From: Octopus sinensis
Taxonomy: Eukaryota
Direction: 5' to 3'
DNA: 64,000 bases
NCBI RefSeq assembly: GCF_006345805.1
Contig: NC_043020.1
Location: forward strand, 23,932,001 to 23,996,000
Shown: one piece after another, positions 1 through 14,130 of the stretch
Numbering within the stretch: position 1 is the first letter of the stretch
How the letters are laid out: the number at the start of each line of letters is the position of its first letter
Translations under genes and position numbers: made by a program
The notes under the pieces: model-generated
What the model was told of the DNA's origin: nothing
What the model saw: only the letters and a program-made list of their open reading frames with translations
The model's database searches: none

Positions 1-246
1 ACACCGCCAGGTAACGATCACTATTCGTCGTCTCTCGTTGAATATGGAATGCACAAATTCCTGAAGACGATATCACCGCCCAAATGACAAGAAAAGTTGG
101 ATTGACCTGCTTTTCTCAAACCACTTCAAGATCATCTTCTGAATAATAGAAGTAGTTATGGCGTCAGAGAAAATGAGTCGAACAGTTTCTCTAATATACA
201 AAATCTGTACATCACCTCTAACTACCTACATACGCACCCATCCACC

Positions 247-316
<70 letters not shown>

Positions 317-2502
317 CTACACGTATTAGGTATAATGCGTGTGTATATGTATATACATATATGAAACATGGGCATTTACACAAACAAACGATATTAGAGA
401 ACTTGCTCTGTGTAGGAGAGTAAAATATATTTGAAAAAGTCGAGTCCTCTATTGGCAATACATTGTTACTTAACGTTTTCTACTAAGATTTTGACAAAAA
501 TCATCAAACGACAAATTATCTGATTCATAAGACATCTTAGGAAAATATTGCTTTCATATATCTCGATATTTTATGAATCCTCTGAATTTATCGTTCGTTC
601 GTCTGATGCTTGGTCTGCATGATTTAATATCGAAACACGAAACTTTTTGTACGATGTATTATCAATAATGGACTATATCATTATGGATACGTATTCTGTT
701 TCTGTTATGAGTTTCACCTGCTGGTACACAGGGTCCTCAGACCAATCGTAACTTGCTCGAAAACTCTGTGCACCTACACAAAATTCAGAATTGCAACGCT
801 GTCTAAAAAAATCCATTTTATCCTATCAAGTGTGCTTTCCTCTTTCAACTGAAGTCACACTAAGCGAATATATATGTGTGTATATATGTATGTGCATGTG
901 CATGTGTGTGCATGTATGTATCTATGAACCTATGTATGTATGTGCGTATGTATATATGTATATATGTGAATGTGTGTGTTTACAAACGCACACAATTACA
1001 CAGTATACATTAATATACGTATATATATACGTACACATTTGCATGTGTATGTATTAATAATTGTCCCCAGAGTTTCTGCAACATACGGCAGCTGTGTAAA
1101 GCCTGTTGGAAGATTATCCAAGACAAGATTCACGTGGAGATAATGTTTAGAAAGAGAACCAGTCGTGAATAACCGAGCGTGCTAGTCATTATTTCGCAAA
1201 TAGTGGAGATTTTAACGATACTTGCCTTGTATGGTGTGAAGGGAGGGAGAGAGAGAGAGGAAAGTGGAAAGGGAGAGAGAGAGAGAGAGAGAGAGAGAGG
1301 AGGGTGGAAAGAAAGGGAAAGCGTATGGTATAGAGAGTGAGGTAGAGAATGGTGGTGCGAGATACGTATAGATGTTGAAAGACAGATGGAGAGAAACAGG
1401 AGGAGTAGTATGACAATAGAAAGAAATGTTGAGACAGAAAGGGAGGGAATGAGACAGAGAAAGGCGAGAGAGGAGAGAGAGAGAGAGGGAGAGAAGAAGA
1501 GAGAAAGACAGAGAGAGAGGACAAAAAGAAAAAAAGAAAGAGTGAGATGGAAGAAGGGTTGATTAAGGGCGAAATAAAGAGTTAAGGAACGATGAAGAGG
1601 AACAAGGAAGACGACGTGAATGATGTAGAGAGGTGCAGAGAAAGAATAATAGAATATAGAAAGGTTGCAGAGAAGAAGAAATGGAGGGAGAGAGATAGAG
1701 AAAGAGCGAAAAAGAGGGAGAGATGAAGTAAAGGAAACAAAAGAAGGGGAAAGAGGGAGAGATGAAGAAAAGGAGAGAGATGTGAATGGTTACATTAAAT
1801 GAATCGCACCCTGTTTGGGTTGATATCTTCAGTTGGAATCGTGCGGCAGGGTGTTTCCATGGTCTTCGAATAGTAGAGTGGGAGGGCTTGTGCAGAATCC
1901 GTCAATGTGCGTAAATAGCAGCCAAACACCCTTAAATTAACATCATGCCGGAGATTTGTGACTACAGAATTTTAGGTATATATCGTAGTAAAGCGGAATG
2001 GTCATGGTTGGAGCGTATTTCCTTATTAGCCCGGCTGAACCAAGACTGAACGGAGCACAACTCGAACGTATCAGTCGTTCATGGGAGATTTCTATACGTG
2101 GCGTATATACATGTGTATACACACACACACACACACGAACACATACACACACATGCACGCACGCACGCACACATATCACATAGTCTTAAGATCCGTTTTG
2201 TTGATGTCCTGAAATGCATCGAAAGTAATGTTTCTGTGGTCTCAGGGTGTTTCGGGTCATTCAACATTAAAAACCCTTCATCCAGTTAACCCAGCCAGGG
2301 GTTAATCAAATCACAGCTTGCATCCCCGAAGCAGTAAACCATTAGCTTTCCCCTCTCATCCAAATTGACCGAATGGCTATCTCTGCTACTTCGGTGATAG
2401 AATGTCAAAGCTTTAAAGAACGTATGCATAAACGTAGAAATATATGTATATATTTATACATAAACATACTCAAGGGCACACACACACGCACACACATATA
2501 TA

Positions 2503-2647
2503 CGACAGGCTTCCTTCAGTTTCCGTCTACCAAATCCACTTACAAGACTTTGGTCGGCTCGAGGCTATAGTAGAAGACACTTGCCCAAAGTGCCACGCAG
2601 TGGGACTGAACCCGGAACCATGTGGTTGGTTAGCAAGCTACTTACCA
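2503..2647 (-). mobile_element. tRNA-derived SINE family A, 5' part
   Basis: Reverse complement has the head TGGTAAGTAGC...GGTTCAGTCCC plus GGCACTTTGGGCAAGTGTCTTCT (CORE-like); matches the copies at 13624 and 47768. Confidence 0.8.
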
Positions 2648-2732
2648 TGTATATATATATATATTTATATATATATATTAAGTATAGGAAAGAATGGAGC
2701 TGAACGAAGATTTAACAAAATTCCTTTATTTT

Positions 2733-2806
2733 ATTTTCGACATATGTTTCGAAGTCTGCAAAGTCCCTAATTCCGATTGAATATGCAGCTTTCTCTTCAG
2801 GAAAAT
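2733..2806 (-). ncRNA. Minimal type I hammerhead ribozyme motif (PLE-type)
   Basis: Minus strand: ATTTTC-CTGAAGA-G AAAGCTGCA...TGCAGACTT C-GAAAC-ATAT-GTC-GAAAAT; perfect 6-bp stem I, palindromic loop III. Confidence 0.75.
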
Positions 2807-2922
2807 CCAGGAACTTAATTCTCCAACAAAATGCACAACAAGCTTTTCGATGACTGCTCACGAAGAGCCCATAAAATTAATTTGGGTACGAGTAAGTATC
2901 TCATTTATTTCTTTTACCACAT

Positions 2923-2977
2923 GTATCACTGACGAAGAGAGGGCTCTTAACAGCTAACTCTGAAATCGGTCCGATAT
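2923..2977 (+). ncRNA. Minimal type I hammerhead ribozyme motif, slightly decayed
   Basis: GTATCA-CTGACGA-AGAG...CTCT-GAAAT-CG-GTC-CGATAT; stem I has one mismatch. Confidence 0.6.
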
Positions 2978-3223
2978 GGTAATAATGGAATTTTTTAGAA
3001 ATTTCTGTCGACCTTTTTTCGGGTAGCGTGCGTATTGTTGAAAACATTAGATGGTTAATGGACAATATGTCCAATTTTTCGGCATATTTAGCATTAGAAA
3101 TTTTCTCCTCTGTCCCAATTTATGAATTGTTTATAAATTTAACCGTTAAAGGTATTTTTTAATATGCTAAAATTTTTTTCGAGAAAATATTTTTCTTAGA
3201 AAAGAATTTTATCCTCATATTTG

Positions 3224-3275
<52 letters not shown>

Positions 3276-3279
3276 GCTA

Positions 3280-3370
3280 GTTTTATCATAACTGCAAAAC
3301 AACACCACGGAGGAATCGACGTAAGCTTAATAAACCGCGGTAGGTGAGCCGCAATATTGCGAAGGATTAT
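3280..3370 (-). mobile_element. Tigger/pogo-like MITE fragment
   Basis: Reverse complement matches ~23005-23062; ends in a decayed TIR-like sequence next to TA. Confidence 0.5.
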
Positions 3371-3489
3371 ATATATAATCATACACACATATACATGCAT
3401 ATATATGTGTGTGTGTGTGTGTATGTATGTGCATATATATTGAATAAATATATATCACAAGATCGACTATAGCATCGTTTATTTTAGCT

Positions 3490-3715
3490 TTGGAATGGCG
3501 CCATCCCGCTGGCTAGGCGAGCAGGCAAAGATCCACCCCTCCCCAGTTCTGAAGGCTACAGTGTTACAGAGTGACCCATTTACGGCTGCGTGGACTGGGG
3601 CAGCGTGAAACGAAGTGTTCGATCAAAAATACTACGAGTCGATCGGTCCAGGAATCGAAACCCACGGTCTAGCAATCGAAAGTGCAACACGCTAACTACT
3701 AAGCGACGCACCTTC
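3490..3715 (-). mobile_element. tRNA-derived SINE (family B-related head)
   Basis: Minus strand GGTGCGTCGCTTAGTAGTTAGCG...GGTTTCGATTCCT (A/B boxes); 3' part shared with 6520-6552. Confidence 0.6.
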
Positions 3716-4394
3716 ATTTAATGAATATACATACGTGCTCCAGCATGGCCACAGCCTTAGCGCTGAAACATGTAAAAGAATAAAAGAGTATAGGTGTGTA
3801 TATACAGAAAACATTCAGAGCATTGATTGTTTGATACTGCCAAATGTTCAGTCAACCGTGTCAGCCTTAACTTACGGCACCAAACATTGTCACTTGATAC
3901 TAACACTCAGACGTAGCGGCGAACCTACAAACATTTCTAAGACCAGTCATGTGACTAAACCCTATTCAAAGCATATACTAATTTGAGCCATGAGCTCCCT
4001 AATAAAATAGGGCAAGTTTCAAACATTAGTTAGAAGCAAGACAGTTGCGACATAAACCGTGTCTTTTTATTTAAACTTTTTCAAAATCAGTGTAAACTTT
4101 GAAACCCGTTAAATCTTTAAATATAATAATAATAAAAATATATTTCAATGTTTCTCAGTGCAGTTTCAACACCTATTTTCTTTATATTTCTACCCGTGTG
4201 GAAAAAAATAACTTTATTTTGTATATGTATACACACACACAAACGCACTTGCGCACATCTCCCCCCCCCCCCCACTCTCCATCTATATCTTGTCACACAC
4301 TGATATATAAACGGTTTTTCAAAGATTTCTTGACACTGTCAGAATATTTGAATGAAGACATTTTAGATTAAAAATTACACCCCCACCCATATAC

Positions 4395-4436
<42 letters not shown>

Positions 4437-4444
4437 TATATATA

Positions 4445-4507
<63 letters not shown>

Positions 4508-4869
4508 TATATATACACATGTATGTATGTATGGTTTGGTGTTAGACAAACATTAAAAGTACAACGGCCTTCTTTGTTTAATGTGTTTTTAATGAAGGTT
4601 TCTTTCATAATTTTTCTCCGAGTTTCTTTCATTCTGTTTGATCATCAATATTCCTTTAATCATTATTAATTAATATTGCTAAAGCTTCACGACGTCATCT
4701 TCATGATAAACTGACGGTATTGTCACGGCTGGAACTCCTTCTGAGATAAGACTGTCTGATCAGGATCCATCTCTGATTAACTGGGATTAACTACCAACAG
4801 CAACAACAACAACAACAGTAAAACCAAAGCCAGCAGAAAGAACAACAACGACAGCAATAACAGTAACAA

Positions 4870-4918
<49 letters not shown>

Positions 4919-6552
4919 GTTATTATTATTATTGTCGCCGTCGGAATGGTTCCCATCTTCAAAGCGAAAATGAAACTACAAAATCGTGGGTGTTAAATAA
5001 AATAAAATACAAGCATAATAATGAAATGAACGATAACAAGGACATGAAGAACAAACTAAAAATGGAACGAAGTTGAAAAAGAAAATGGTGGAAGTTGGAG
5101 AGATGAAAGAAAATAGTAAACAGCATCAACAAAATCAGCGTCAACAACAATAACCTAGTTTTGTATAAAATATTTTAGGAGGGGGGGATATTTCTGTATA
5201 TAAAAGACTGAACATTAAAGATGAAGCAAAAATAAATTAAATTTTAAGGAAAAAAAAAATCAAATATGCATAAAAAATGAAAAGAGTTGGAGCAGCAACG
5301 ATAACAACAATAAAGGAGGATAAACATTGAAGAGTAAATATGACAGTGAAGACGTATAAGAGATTGAGGGATAACAGACGATAAGACAACAGGGATATTA
5401 ACAACAATAACGACAACAACAACTGCGCGGCAGAAGCAGAAGCAACAACGACAGCAGCAGCAGCAGCAGCGACAAAGACGACAACGAAAATAGCGCCAAC
5501 AACAGAAACAAAGACATGTGAAAGCTTAACGGTTTAAAGTATTGTTGTTGTTGTTCTTGTTCATATTCTGTTCCTTATTTTTATTCTTTCTTCATCCACC
5601 TCCATCTCCTTCCTCTTTGTCTTTCACGTCCTCTTCTTCCTCAACGTCCTCCCTTCTTCCTCTCATCTTCTTCCCAACCCACGTTCTCACCATCTCCATC
5701 ACCATCGGAGCCATAAGAATGATCGTTTCCTCCTCATCCTCCTCCTTTTCTTCCTCCTCTTCCCCTCCTCCCCTCCTCATGATTATAATCATCATTGTCG
5801 TTGCCATCGACATAATTATCATCGTGGGTTGATAAGATAAAGTACCACTCAAGTACCGGGGTCGATATATATTTTATATAATATATGCAAAATGTGATAC
5901 ATTGTAAATATAGAAAATATATTGATATACGATAAATATAGATATGAAATTCAGAATATGCATGGGACATCTGTACAATAGAAAAATACTCCATATATAT
6001 CATAAAATAATATGCATATACACACATATATATGTGCATATATATATATATGTATGTATTTATATGTATATATGTGTGTGTCAGAATATATATATATATA
6101 GAGAGAGATAAAACTTACCTGGAAGAGGATGCATGGCGTTCACTTATATAATAAGTGGGAGCAACTGTTTTATGGAAAGCGCATCTTGTTAAATGCTCGA
6201 AATACGAGACTAGAAAAACAGCCAACGACTGATGAAGGGTCGTTCTTTATGTTGTTTGTTTTGTTTTCCATTTGTGTCTTTCGTTGCTCGAAAGAATAAT
6301 TCATGTATCCATGTACTCGTACTTGGCATTTTTGTTGTTGTACATGTTTCATGAAGTCCTGTGCCTACATATACTTATATATATACGTATAGAAGTAAAT
6401 ATGTACATATACGTATGTATATATGCATGTATATATATATATTACGTGACCGACCAGGCTATCAGATGTTGCTACACATCGTTGGTCACAATGAACTTCG
6501 CATTGTTTTAGCCATCAAGTGACGGCACCCCGCTGGCTAAGCGAGCAGGCCA

Positions 6553-6603
<51 letters not shown>

Positions 6604-6605
<2 letters not shown>

Positions 6606-6958
6606 AGCTTAAAAGCCGCCCTATCGAGCGGCGGCTTTTCAGCCAGTATGTAGCTTCTAAGCAACAAACCCCGAATGGGAAGATCTGCAAACAGATCTCT
6701 GACTTGTTTTGGAGAATTTGCTGCAATTGCTTCCTCCAGAGTCATATCCCAATAATGATGATATTCATCGCTAAAAATCACGTGAAAAAAAATCGTCGAG
6801 GACAATCGCAATAATGAAAACATAAGCATCCATAATTTCAGGAATGCAGGTTCGGATTCCAAAATGGCATGATATGTTGGGCTATGGCCTCTAGGAGTAA
6901 AGTTGAAAAAGTGTGACACACTGACACACAGGAATTAGTTTTCGCATTTATTATATTA
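6604..6958 (-). mobile_element. Non-autonomous Helitron carrying a RepHel fragment
   Basis: Minus 3' end: hairpin AAAAGCCGCC/GGCGGCTTTT followed by CTAG|T; internal peptide HYWDMTLEEAIAANSPKQVRDLFA resembles the Helitron Rep-helicase linker; decayed 5' TATAATAAAATGCG. Confidence 0.7.
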
Positions 6959-7333
6959 CATATATGTATATTAATACACACACATAGACACACAAACACA
7001 AACACTCACACATCTGTATAGATAGACAGAAATAGATAAAGATATGTACATATATCCCCAGTAAATCATAAATCCGAAAAAGAGCATATTCTAAGTTATA
7101 GAGCAGTAGAATACTTTTAAAAATTCAGTCATGGCAGATTTCGCGTCGATAAAGCGCTAAGCTTTACATGCGTCTCACCAGACCTTAATTGCCGGTGGCC
7201 TATAAGCTCCCTCCAAAATGTGTAAAGATAGAAGCTTTATGGACACAAAACCTGGGTAACACTACGAACCGGTCATAATTACACATTTCCCAATCAGCCT
7301 GTCTCTCTCTGCATATATATATATTTGTATATA

Positions 7334-7389
<56 letters not shown>

Positions 7390-7512
7390 TTATATATAAG
7401 GGTAAAATAAATTACTTTGCCACATACTGAACTCATTAGAAATGGCAGCTAAAGAAATTTCTTCAGCTATTTCTAATACTTAAAGAAGATCTCTCTCAGA
7501 GAGATATATATA

Positions 7513-7575
<63 letters not shown>

Positions 7576-7589
7576 GTATGATACACACA

Positions 7590-7789
7590 CGCGAAGGGGT
7601 GCTGAAAAGGTCCTGACTTTTAGGTTGTCGCAAACTTTTCGAGTTCTTTGAAGGGACCTACACAACCTGGAGGACCGCTGCAATAAGTGGTACATCTGAA
7701 GGGGTATATATTGAATAAATCATGACTCATTGACCACCCTGTATTTTATTTTACCTAAAGCCAGGAACTTTTTCAGCCTCCACCCACGT
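7590..7789 (+). mobile_element. Internally deleted mariner (MITE)
   Basis: TIRs GGGGTGCTGAAAAGGTCCTGACTTTTAGG / CCTAAAGCCAGGAACTTTTTCAGC; interior resembles a mariner C-terminus (LHNLEDRCNK...GVYIE*). Confidence 0.7.
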
Positions 7790-7851
7790 GTGTGTGCATA
7801 TGATATATATATATAAATGTATATATGTGTATATATACATATACATATACA

Positions 7852-7929
<78 letters not shown>

Positions 7930-8284
7930 TATATATGTATATATATACATATATAAAATAGATATACAATCATACAGATATATGTATATATGTATGTATG
8001 CATCTCTCTTTGTCTTTCTCTATCTCTCCTTCTCTCTCTCTCACTGTCTCTTTCTCTGTATATATACTAATCGAAGCTGGATTTTCCAAATTGGAGGCGA
8101 ACACCTTCCTTCATGCGATCGGCTTCAAGAATTTGTTAGATTACTAGGATATTTTTCTAGTTTTCTTAACATGAAACCAATGGTAGCCTTAATTCACCTT
8201 AATTCACAAACAAAGAAATTATATCCCCCAATGCGGGGTTGAACAGTCATTGTCATCGTTCGATACTTACGTGTATATATATAC

Positions 8285-8342
<58 letters not shown>

Positions 8343-8344
<2 letters not shown>

Positions 8345-8857
8345 TTAAACATATCAAAGGGAAATGGAAAATAATTAAAATTTTCCCTTCCAGTGGCCTA
8401 ACGTGTAAAAAGTTAGTCCCAAAAGACTATGAATTAGTCAATATATAGTGTACATTTAAACACATAAGGAATCTGCTCGTGGAATTCAACACGCTAGAAA
8501 GAACAGCTAGGTTCTATAACCACAACAATTAGGGATAAAATTCGACAGGAACGAAATGGAAAATAAAAACATTTTACCATGAATTTTCCTGGACCGGGAG
8601 CCATATAGTTCGATTGCCTCGTTGTTTGTATATTTAACCCAAGGTGTACCTGTTGAGGACGATTTCATCTCGTGAGCAAATATTATTTGCTTGCTAAACT
8701 AAAATCAGAAACCAATTGGTCCAGGAAACTTGATGGTAAGATGTTTCATTCCTGTCGAATTTTATCCCTAATTTTTGTGGTTATAGAAACTAGCTGTTCT
8801 TTCTAGCGTGTTGAATTCCACGAGTGGATTCCTTATGTGTTTAAATGTACACTATAT
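8343..8857. mobile_element. Fold-back PLE-derived insertion in (TA)n
   Basis: Tail 8343-8442; inverted arms 8443-8595 / 8718-8857; HHR-like CCTG-TTGAGGA-CGATTT...AAATCA-GAAA-CCAATTGG-TC-CAGG at 8649-8725. Confidence 0.7.
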
Positions 8858-9465
8858 TAAATATATATATATATATATATAGTACATGTAATACATACAT
8901 AAATCATTTTAAATATAAAATTTGTACAAAAGAAATAACTGACACAAAATATATGATAATATGTAACAAGCTATATAAGGAATAACAATGATATGTAAAA
9001 TATATGTACAATATATGTGTATAATATGCAAAACACGCATATGGTATAACTAAAATATATAAACGCATTATATACGTAGATGTCAAAGGTATATATTTAG
9101 GAAATCTAGCAAATAGAAAATTTATGACAATAAATGAAATACACGAACTCTATTGATTATATGAAATTTACAAATAAACTTATGAAATCTGTAAAATGTA
9201 TGAAATATTTTAAGTACACACAAACATCAAAAGTAAACACACTTTCATGTAAATATGTATGTGTGTGTATATATATATACACACACACATACACTCACTC
9301 ACACACATAAATATATAAAAGATACACACAAAACATTGCTGACATATTTTAAAGGGTGTACTAAAAGGGGTAGGATTGAATAATGAAACAATGAAATATC
9401 TCATGTTCGATATTGCATACGTAAAAACCTCTCAGTGACTGTAAATATATATATATATATGTATG

Positions 9466-9502
<37 letters not shown>

Positions 9503-9552
9503 ATATATCAATCTATACACACACTAACATATATATACAAATGTATACATAA

Positions 9553-9586
<34 letters not shown>

Positions 9587-9913
9587 TCACATACATACAT
9601 ATATATGTGTGTATGTATGTATACACACACACGCACACACATATATTTATATACAGATGTGTACGTATATATATGTGTGTGTATGTTATATATATATGTT
9701 TGTATGCAGGTACATATAACTATATATGCCTATCGATGTATATATATCTCTTTATCTCTATAAATATACCTGTTTGAGTGGGAGGTCGGTTAAGTGGTTG
9801 TTTACTAAATATGAAAACTGTATTAGAAATAACTTATAAAGTACTTTATTATCAATATATACACACACATATATATATGTGTGTGTGTGTATATATAACA
9901 TATATATATATAT

Positions 9914-9949
<36 letters not shown>

Positions 9950-10579
9950 ATATATATAATATATATATATTTAGGTAATGGTAATTTATTGATAGGTAAA
10001 CAGTTCTCCCACACACACATACACACAAACACACATAGACATAATCTTAAATATAGTACCCATCTATAGAAAGGTATGCATAGAAAGGTATATATGTCTA
10101 TATGTTTGTGTTTGCGTGTGAGTGTACGCGCGCGTGTGTGTGTGCTTGTATATATATGTGTGTGTGTGTGTTTGTGTTCGATAAACACATCAAATCGGTG
10201 ATTAAAACTAAATGGTGTAATAAAAATGCTTTATGGGAAAACACACAGTGACGTAGATTGCGCGTAGACGCTCGTGCGCTCATACAGACACTCTCACAAA
10301 CGCGTAAATACAATGAACCATCCCCCCCACACACACACAAGTACACACTTACTTACACACACATGCACACCCCAAACACACGCGCTCACAAAAAATACAA
10401 ATACACACACACACACACACACATATAAACACAAACATGAGCAACACGTCCAGAAGTACACACGCTTACACACTTACGCATACACACACATCGACAGGCG
10501 AAGCTAAGCACTTGCAGAAACGTGCGCAAACATCCACAAAAGCACAGATATAGATTTTCAGGTCGGGTTTTATGAAGAA

Positions 10580-10930
10580 TTTTTTGAAAGAAATCCTTGG
10601 TTTTGCGTATCTAGTGCAGTACTTGGTCTGTTCCATATAGACGCTGCATTCCCATCGATATTACCGGCTGGGTTAGTCCATTGACCAATGTTTGTTAAAG
10701 GCGAAAGACAGTGTTCTCTTGTTAGTGCTTCTGTACCAAAATGTTGCTGCAATTTCATGATGTTTCACATTTCCAGTAAGTTGTTGGAATGCTCCGGTGG
10801 TGAGCCATTCCATGCTGGATAGTGAGCTGCGGTAAAGCATTAATGTAGTGTCGTAGAATTTTCTGTTCTTGTCTGATGATCGTGCTCTGTATGGATTCGA
10901 AGCTGGTGTTTTCTATTCGGTCTGCGAGGA
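10580..10930 (-). pseudogene. Highly decayed LINE 3' fragment (RTE-like?)
   Basis: Non-simple sequence; minus-strand peptides loosely resemble an RTE-type RT C-terminus; weak. Confidence 0.3.
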
Positions 10931-11588
10931 GTAACAATAATTATTATGCTACTAAAGATGATGGTGATAATGATGATGATGATGATGATACGAAAAAAAA
11001 GCAGAAGGAGAAGAGAGAGAAAAGGAAGAAGTGCGATAACATGCATCTTCATTATCATAATCTACATCATTTTACCCCTCCTCCTCATCATCATCATCTT
11101 CATCAATATTATCTTCCTCGTCTTCGTCAACAATATCATCGTTATTACTACTATCATTTATTGGATATAAGGAAATTCATTATTATGAATACACACATAT
11201 ACATATAGATAGATAGATAAACGTATATTCATACATAGATTTACATATACAGATATACCATACATGCATATGTATATATATATATATAAATATATATAAT
11301 TATATATATGTATATATATATGTATGATACATTTATAAAAATATACACAGGCAAGACGTAAATACTCTCACACATATTCTGGCAGATTCACACATACACA
11401 CATGCATAGAAAAATATACACAGATATCCATATAGAATATGGATACACGCATATATGTGTGTGTGTGTATGTGTGTGTGCGTGTCTGTGTGTGTATGGAG
11501 AGAGTGAGATGAAGAGAGAGTCCGTGAAAGACAGACTAAAATAAAGTTTTAACAAAATATAAATAATAATAATTATAATAACAATAAC

Positions 11589-11634
<46 letters not shown>

Positions 11635-11933
11635 TAATAATAATAATAATAATAATATAAAATATTAAAGATAGGAAAGTAGCCTGAATAAAGCAATATA
11701 TAAATAGTTTTTATGTTTAAAAACTGGCGAGGTTGTCTGTTATGGTCAAATGTTTTTGATAAAGTAAATATTCTTTGATGAAATTTATTTTCAAAATGGT
11801 TGCCAATTTACCGTTTTATATCGTTAATAATGTTTAGTGCTGCTGGTGATGTTTCCAGGCTCTGATAGTGCAATATGTCTCTCTCTACCCTCCTCTGTCT
11901 CTCTCTGCAAATGCATACACACACACACACATA

Positions 11934-11966
<33 letters not shown>

Positions 11967-12008
11967 ATAATTATATATACATATATATACATATATATAT
12001 ACATATAT

Positions 12009-12047
<39 letters not shown>

Positions 12048-12083
12048 CTATATATATCTACATATTATATATAATACATATAC

Positions 12084-12134
<51 letters not shown>

Positions 12135-12572
12135 GTATGTATTTGTCTATGTATATGTGCGTGTGTTGTGGGGGGATTAAATATAAACCAAATGAACCGA
12201 GAGTCAATCAAGGTGTTTATATAAAAATAGAACACACATATATATTCACCGAACCCATAATTATGTTTAAAGTTTGCGCGCGCGCACAAACACACGCGGA
12301 TACATAAACACACACATGCAACTGCCTGCTCGTGAATCTCTGGCGCAAGATCGCTAGCTGCGAATTTCTGTGTAGACTCTGGAATTCAACATTCAAAATC
12401 AGAATTAATTAGAGAAAACTGAAGAGGAGAGAACTTCACAGAGGAAAGCAGGACTTTCGCCGATTCTTGAGTCTCTTCTTCTGTGCTCCTACTATGACCA
12501 TGGATTCTATGCCAATGCTGACCCCAAAAGACAACCGAGGACGCACAAGCGACTATATATATATATATATAT

Positions 12573-12800
12573 GTAGTCATATATAAACATAACTTGACTC
12601 TAAAACCACACGAAATATTCTCCTGGTGCTGTATGAATATTAGATGTGGTTTAGAGTCAAGCTATGACTGCTATATCTAGTATGATGGTATCTTTTACAT
12701 ACCCTTAATTATAATTTTAATAACAATTATTACCTATGAGGTTTTTATTCTATGCTAGCAAAATGATATGATCGGTATTTAAGTAACGATCTTATTCTTA
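12573..12800. mobile_element. Small fold-back insertion in (TA)n
   Basis: Arms CATAACTTGACTCTAAAACCACA...ATATTC (12588-12620) / GAATATT...TGTGGTTTAGAGTCAAGCTATG (12635-12666), then ~120-nt tail; (TA)n on both sides. Confidence 0.55.
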
Positions 12801-12884
12801 TATATATATGTTTATAATATTATATATATATATATATATATATTAATATATATAGATTATATATATATATATATATATGTACGA

Positions 12885-13010
12885 CTGGATTTATTCTTTG
12901 TACGCCTGGTACTTATTCTATCGGTCTCGTTTGCCGAACAATCATCTTACGGAATGTAAACACAGCAACATCGGTTGCTAAGTGATGGTAGAGAGACAAA
13001 CACACACAAA
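12885..13010 (-). mobile_element. SINE family A, 3' fragment
   Basis: GTACTTATTCTATCGGTCTC...GCCGAAC is the reverse complement of the family A body. Confidence 0.65.
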
Positions 13011-13029
13011 CAAAAAATCATATACCGAT

Positions 13030-13110
<81 letters not shown>

Positions 13111-13113
<3 letters not shown>

Positions 13114-13525
13114 TAGAAAAAAACCTTTTATCAATTCAAAATTAACAATTAAATTACACCATCTAGAAAATTACATATGATAGAGATATTGAAATTAAAA
13201 TAACAATAATATACCGAAGATTAAGTAAATAGCAAAAAAAATGATAAAAGCGTATATAAATATATACGTTTTTATTATTATTTTTTATTTTTTTGCAATT
13301 TACTTAATCATCGGTATATTATTGTTATTTTAATTTTAATATTTCTATTATATGTAATTTTCTAGATGGTGTAATTTAATTGTTCATTTTGAATTGATAA
13401 AACGTGTGTTTTTTTTTCTAATTCTTATTATATATATTATATTGTGTGAAATTTGATTTAGTATTTCTAATTTGAATTTTTCCCTGTAAGTTAGGACTAA
13501 TATTCCCTCAAATAATAATATTATG
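13111..13525. mobile_element. Fold-back palindrome with tail in (TA)n
   Basis: ~150-bp imperfect arms 13111-13423 centred on CGTATATAAATATATACG; ~100-nt tail; (TA)n flanks. Confidence 0.7.
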
Positions 13526-13616
<91 letters not shown>

Positions 13617-13623
13617 TATATAT

Positions 13624-13965
13624 AGGCGTAGGAGTGGCTGTGTGGTAAGTAGCTTGCTTACAAACCACATGGTTCCGGGTTCAGTCCCACTGCGTGGCAC
13701 CTCGGGCCGACCAAAGACGGAAACTGAAAGAAACCCGTCGTATATATGTATGTGTGTATATGTGATTGTGTGTCTGTGTTTGTCCCCTCAACATTGCTTG
13801 ACAACCGATGCTGGTGTGCTTACGTCCCCGTAACTTAGCGTTCGGCAAAAGAGACCGATAGAATAAGTTCTAGGCTGACAAAGAATTAGTCCTGAGGAAG
13901 ATTTGCTCGACTAAATGCGTTGCGCCATCATGGCCACAGTCAAATGACTGAACCACGTAAAAGAG
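13624..13965 (+). mobile_element. SINE family A (internal deletion)
   Basis: Head GGCGTAGGAGTGGCTGTGTGGTAAG...GGTTCAGTCCC; tail CAAATGACTGAA...AAAAGA. Confidence 0.85.
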
Positions 13966-13966
13966 T

Positions 13967-14000
<34 letters not shown>

Positions 14001-14001
<1 letters not shown>

Positions 14002-14130
14002 GACAGGCTTCTTTCAGTTTCCGTCTCCCAAATCCACTCACAAGGTGCCCTGCGTACCACACAGTGGAATCTAACCCGGATCCATGTTGTTGGGAAGCAA
14101 GCTTCTCACCACACAACCACTCCTGAACCT
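14001..14130 (-). mobile_element. SINE family A, 5' part
   Basis: Reverse complement of the family A head. Confidence 0.7.

Noticed and set aside
6115-6300. CTGGAAGA...CGAAAT and CTGATGA...CGAAAG as hammerheads
   Set aside because: Stems I and III could not be formed convincingly; possibly a decayed pLTR. The same applies to 18835-18890 and 22300-22395
13213-13320. CCGAAGA/CCGATGA as a hammerhead core in the 13.1 kb palindrome
   Set aside because: No stem II or GAAA-UH, and the polarity is wrong relative to the tail
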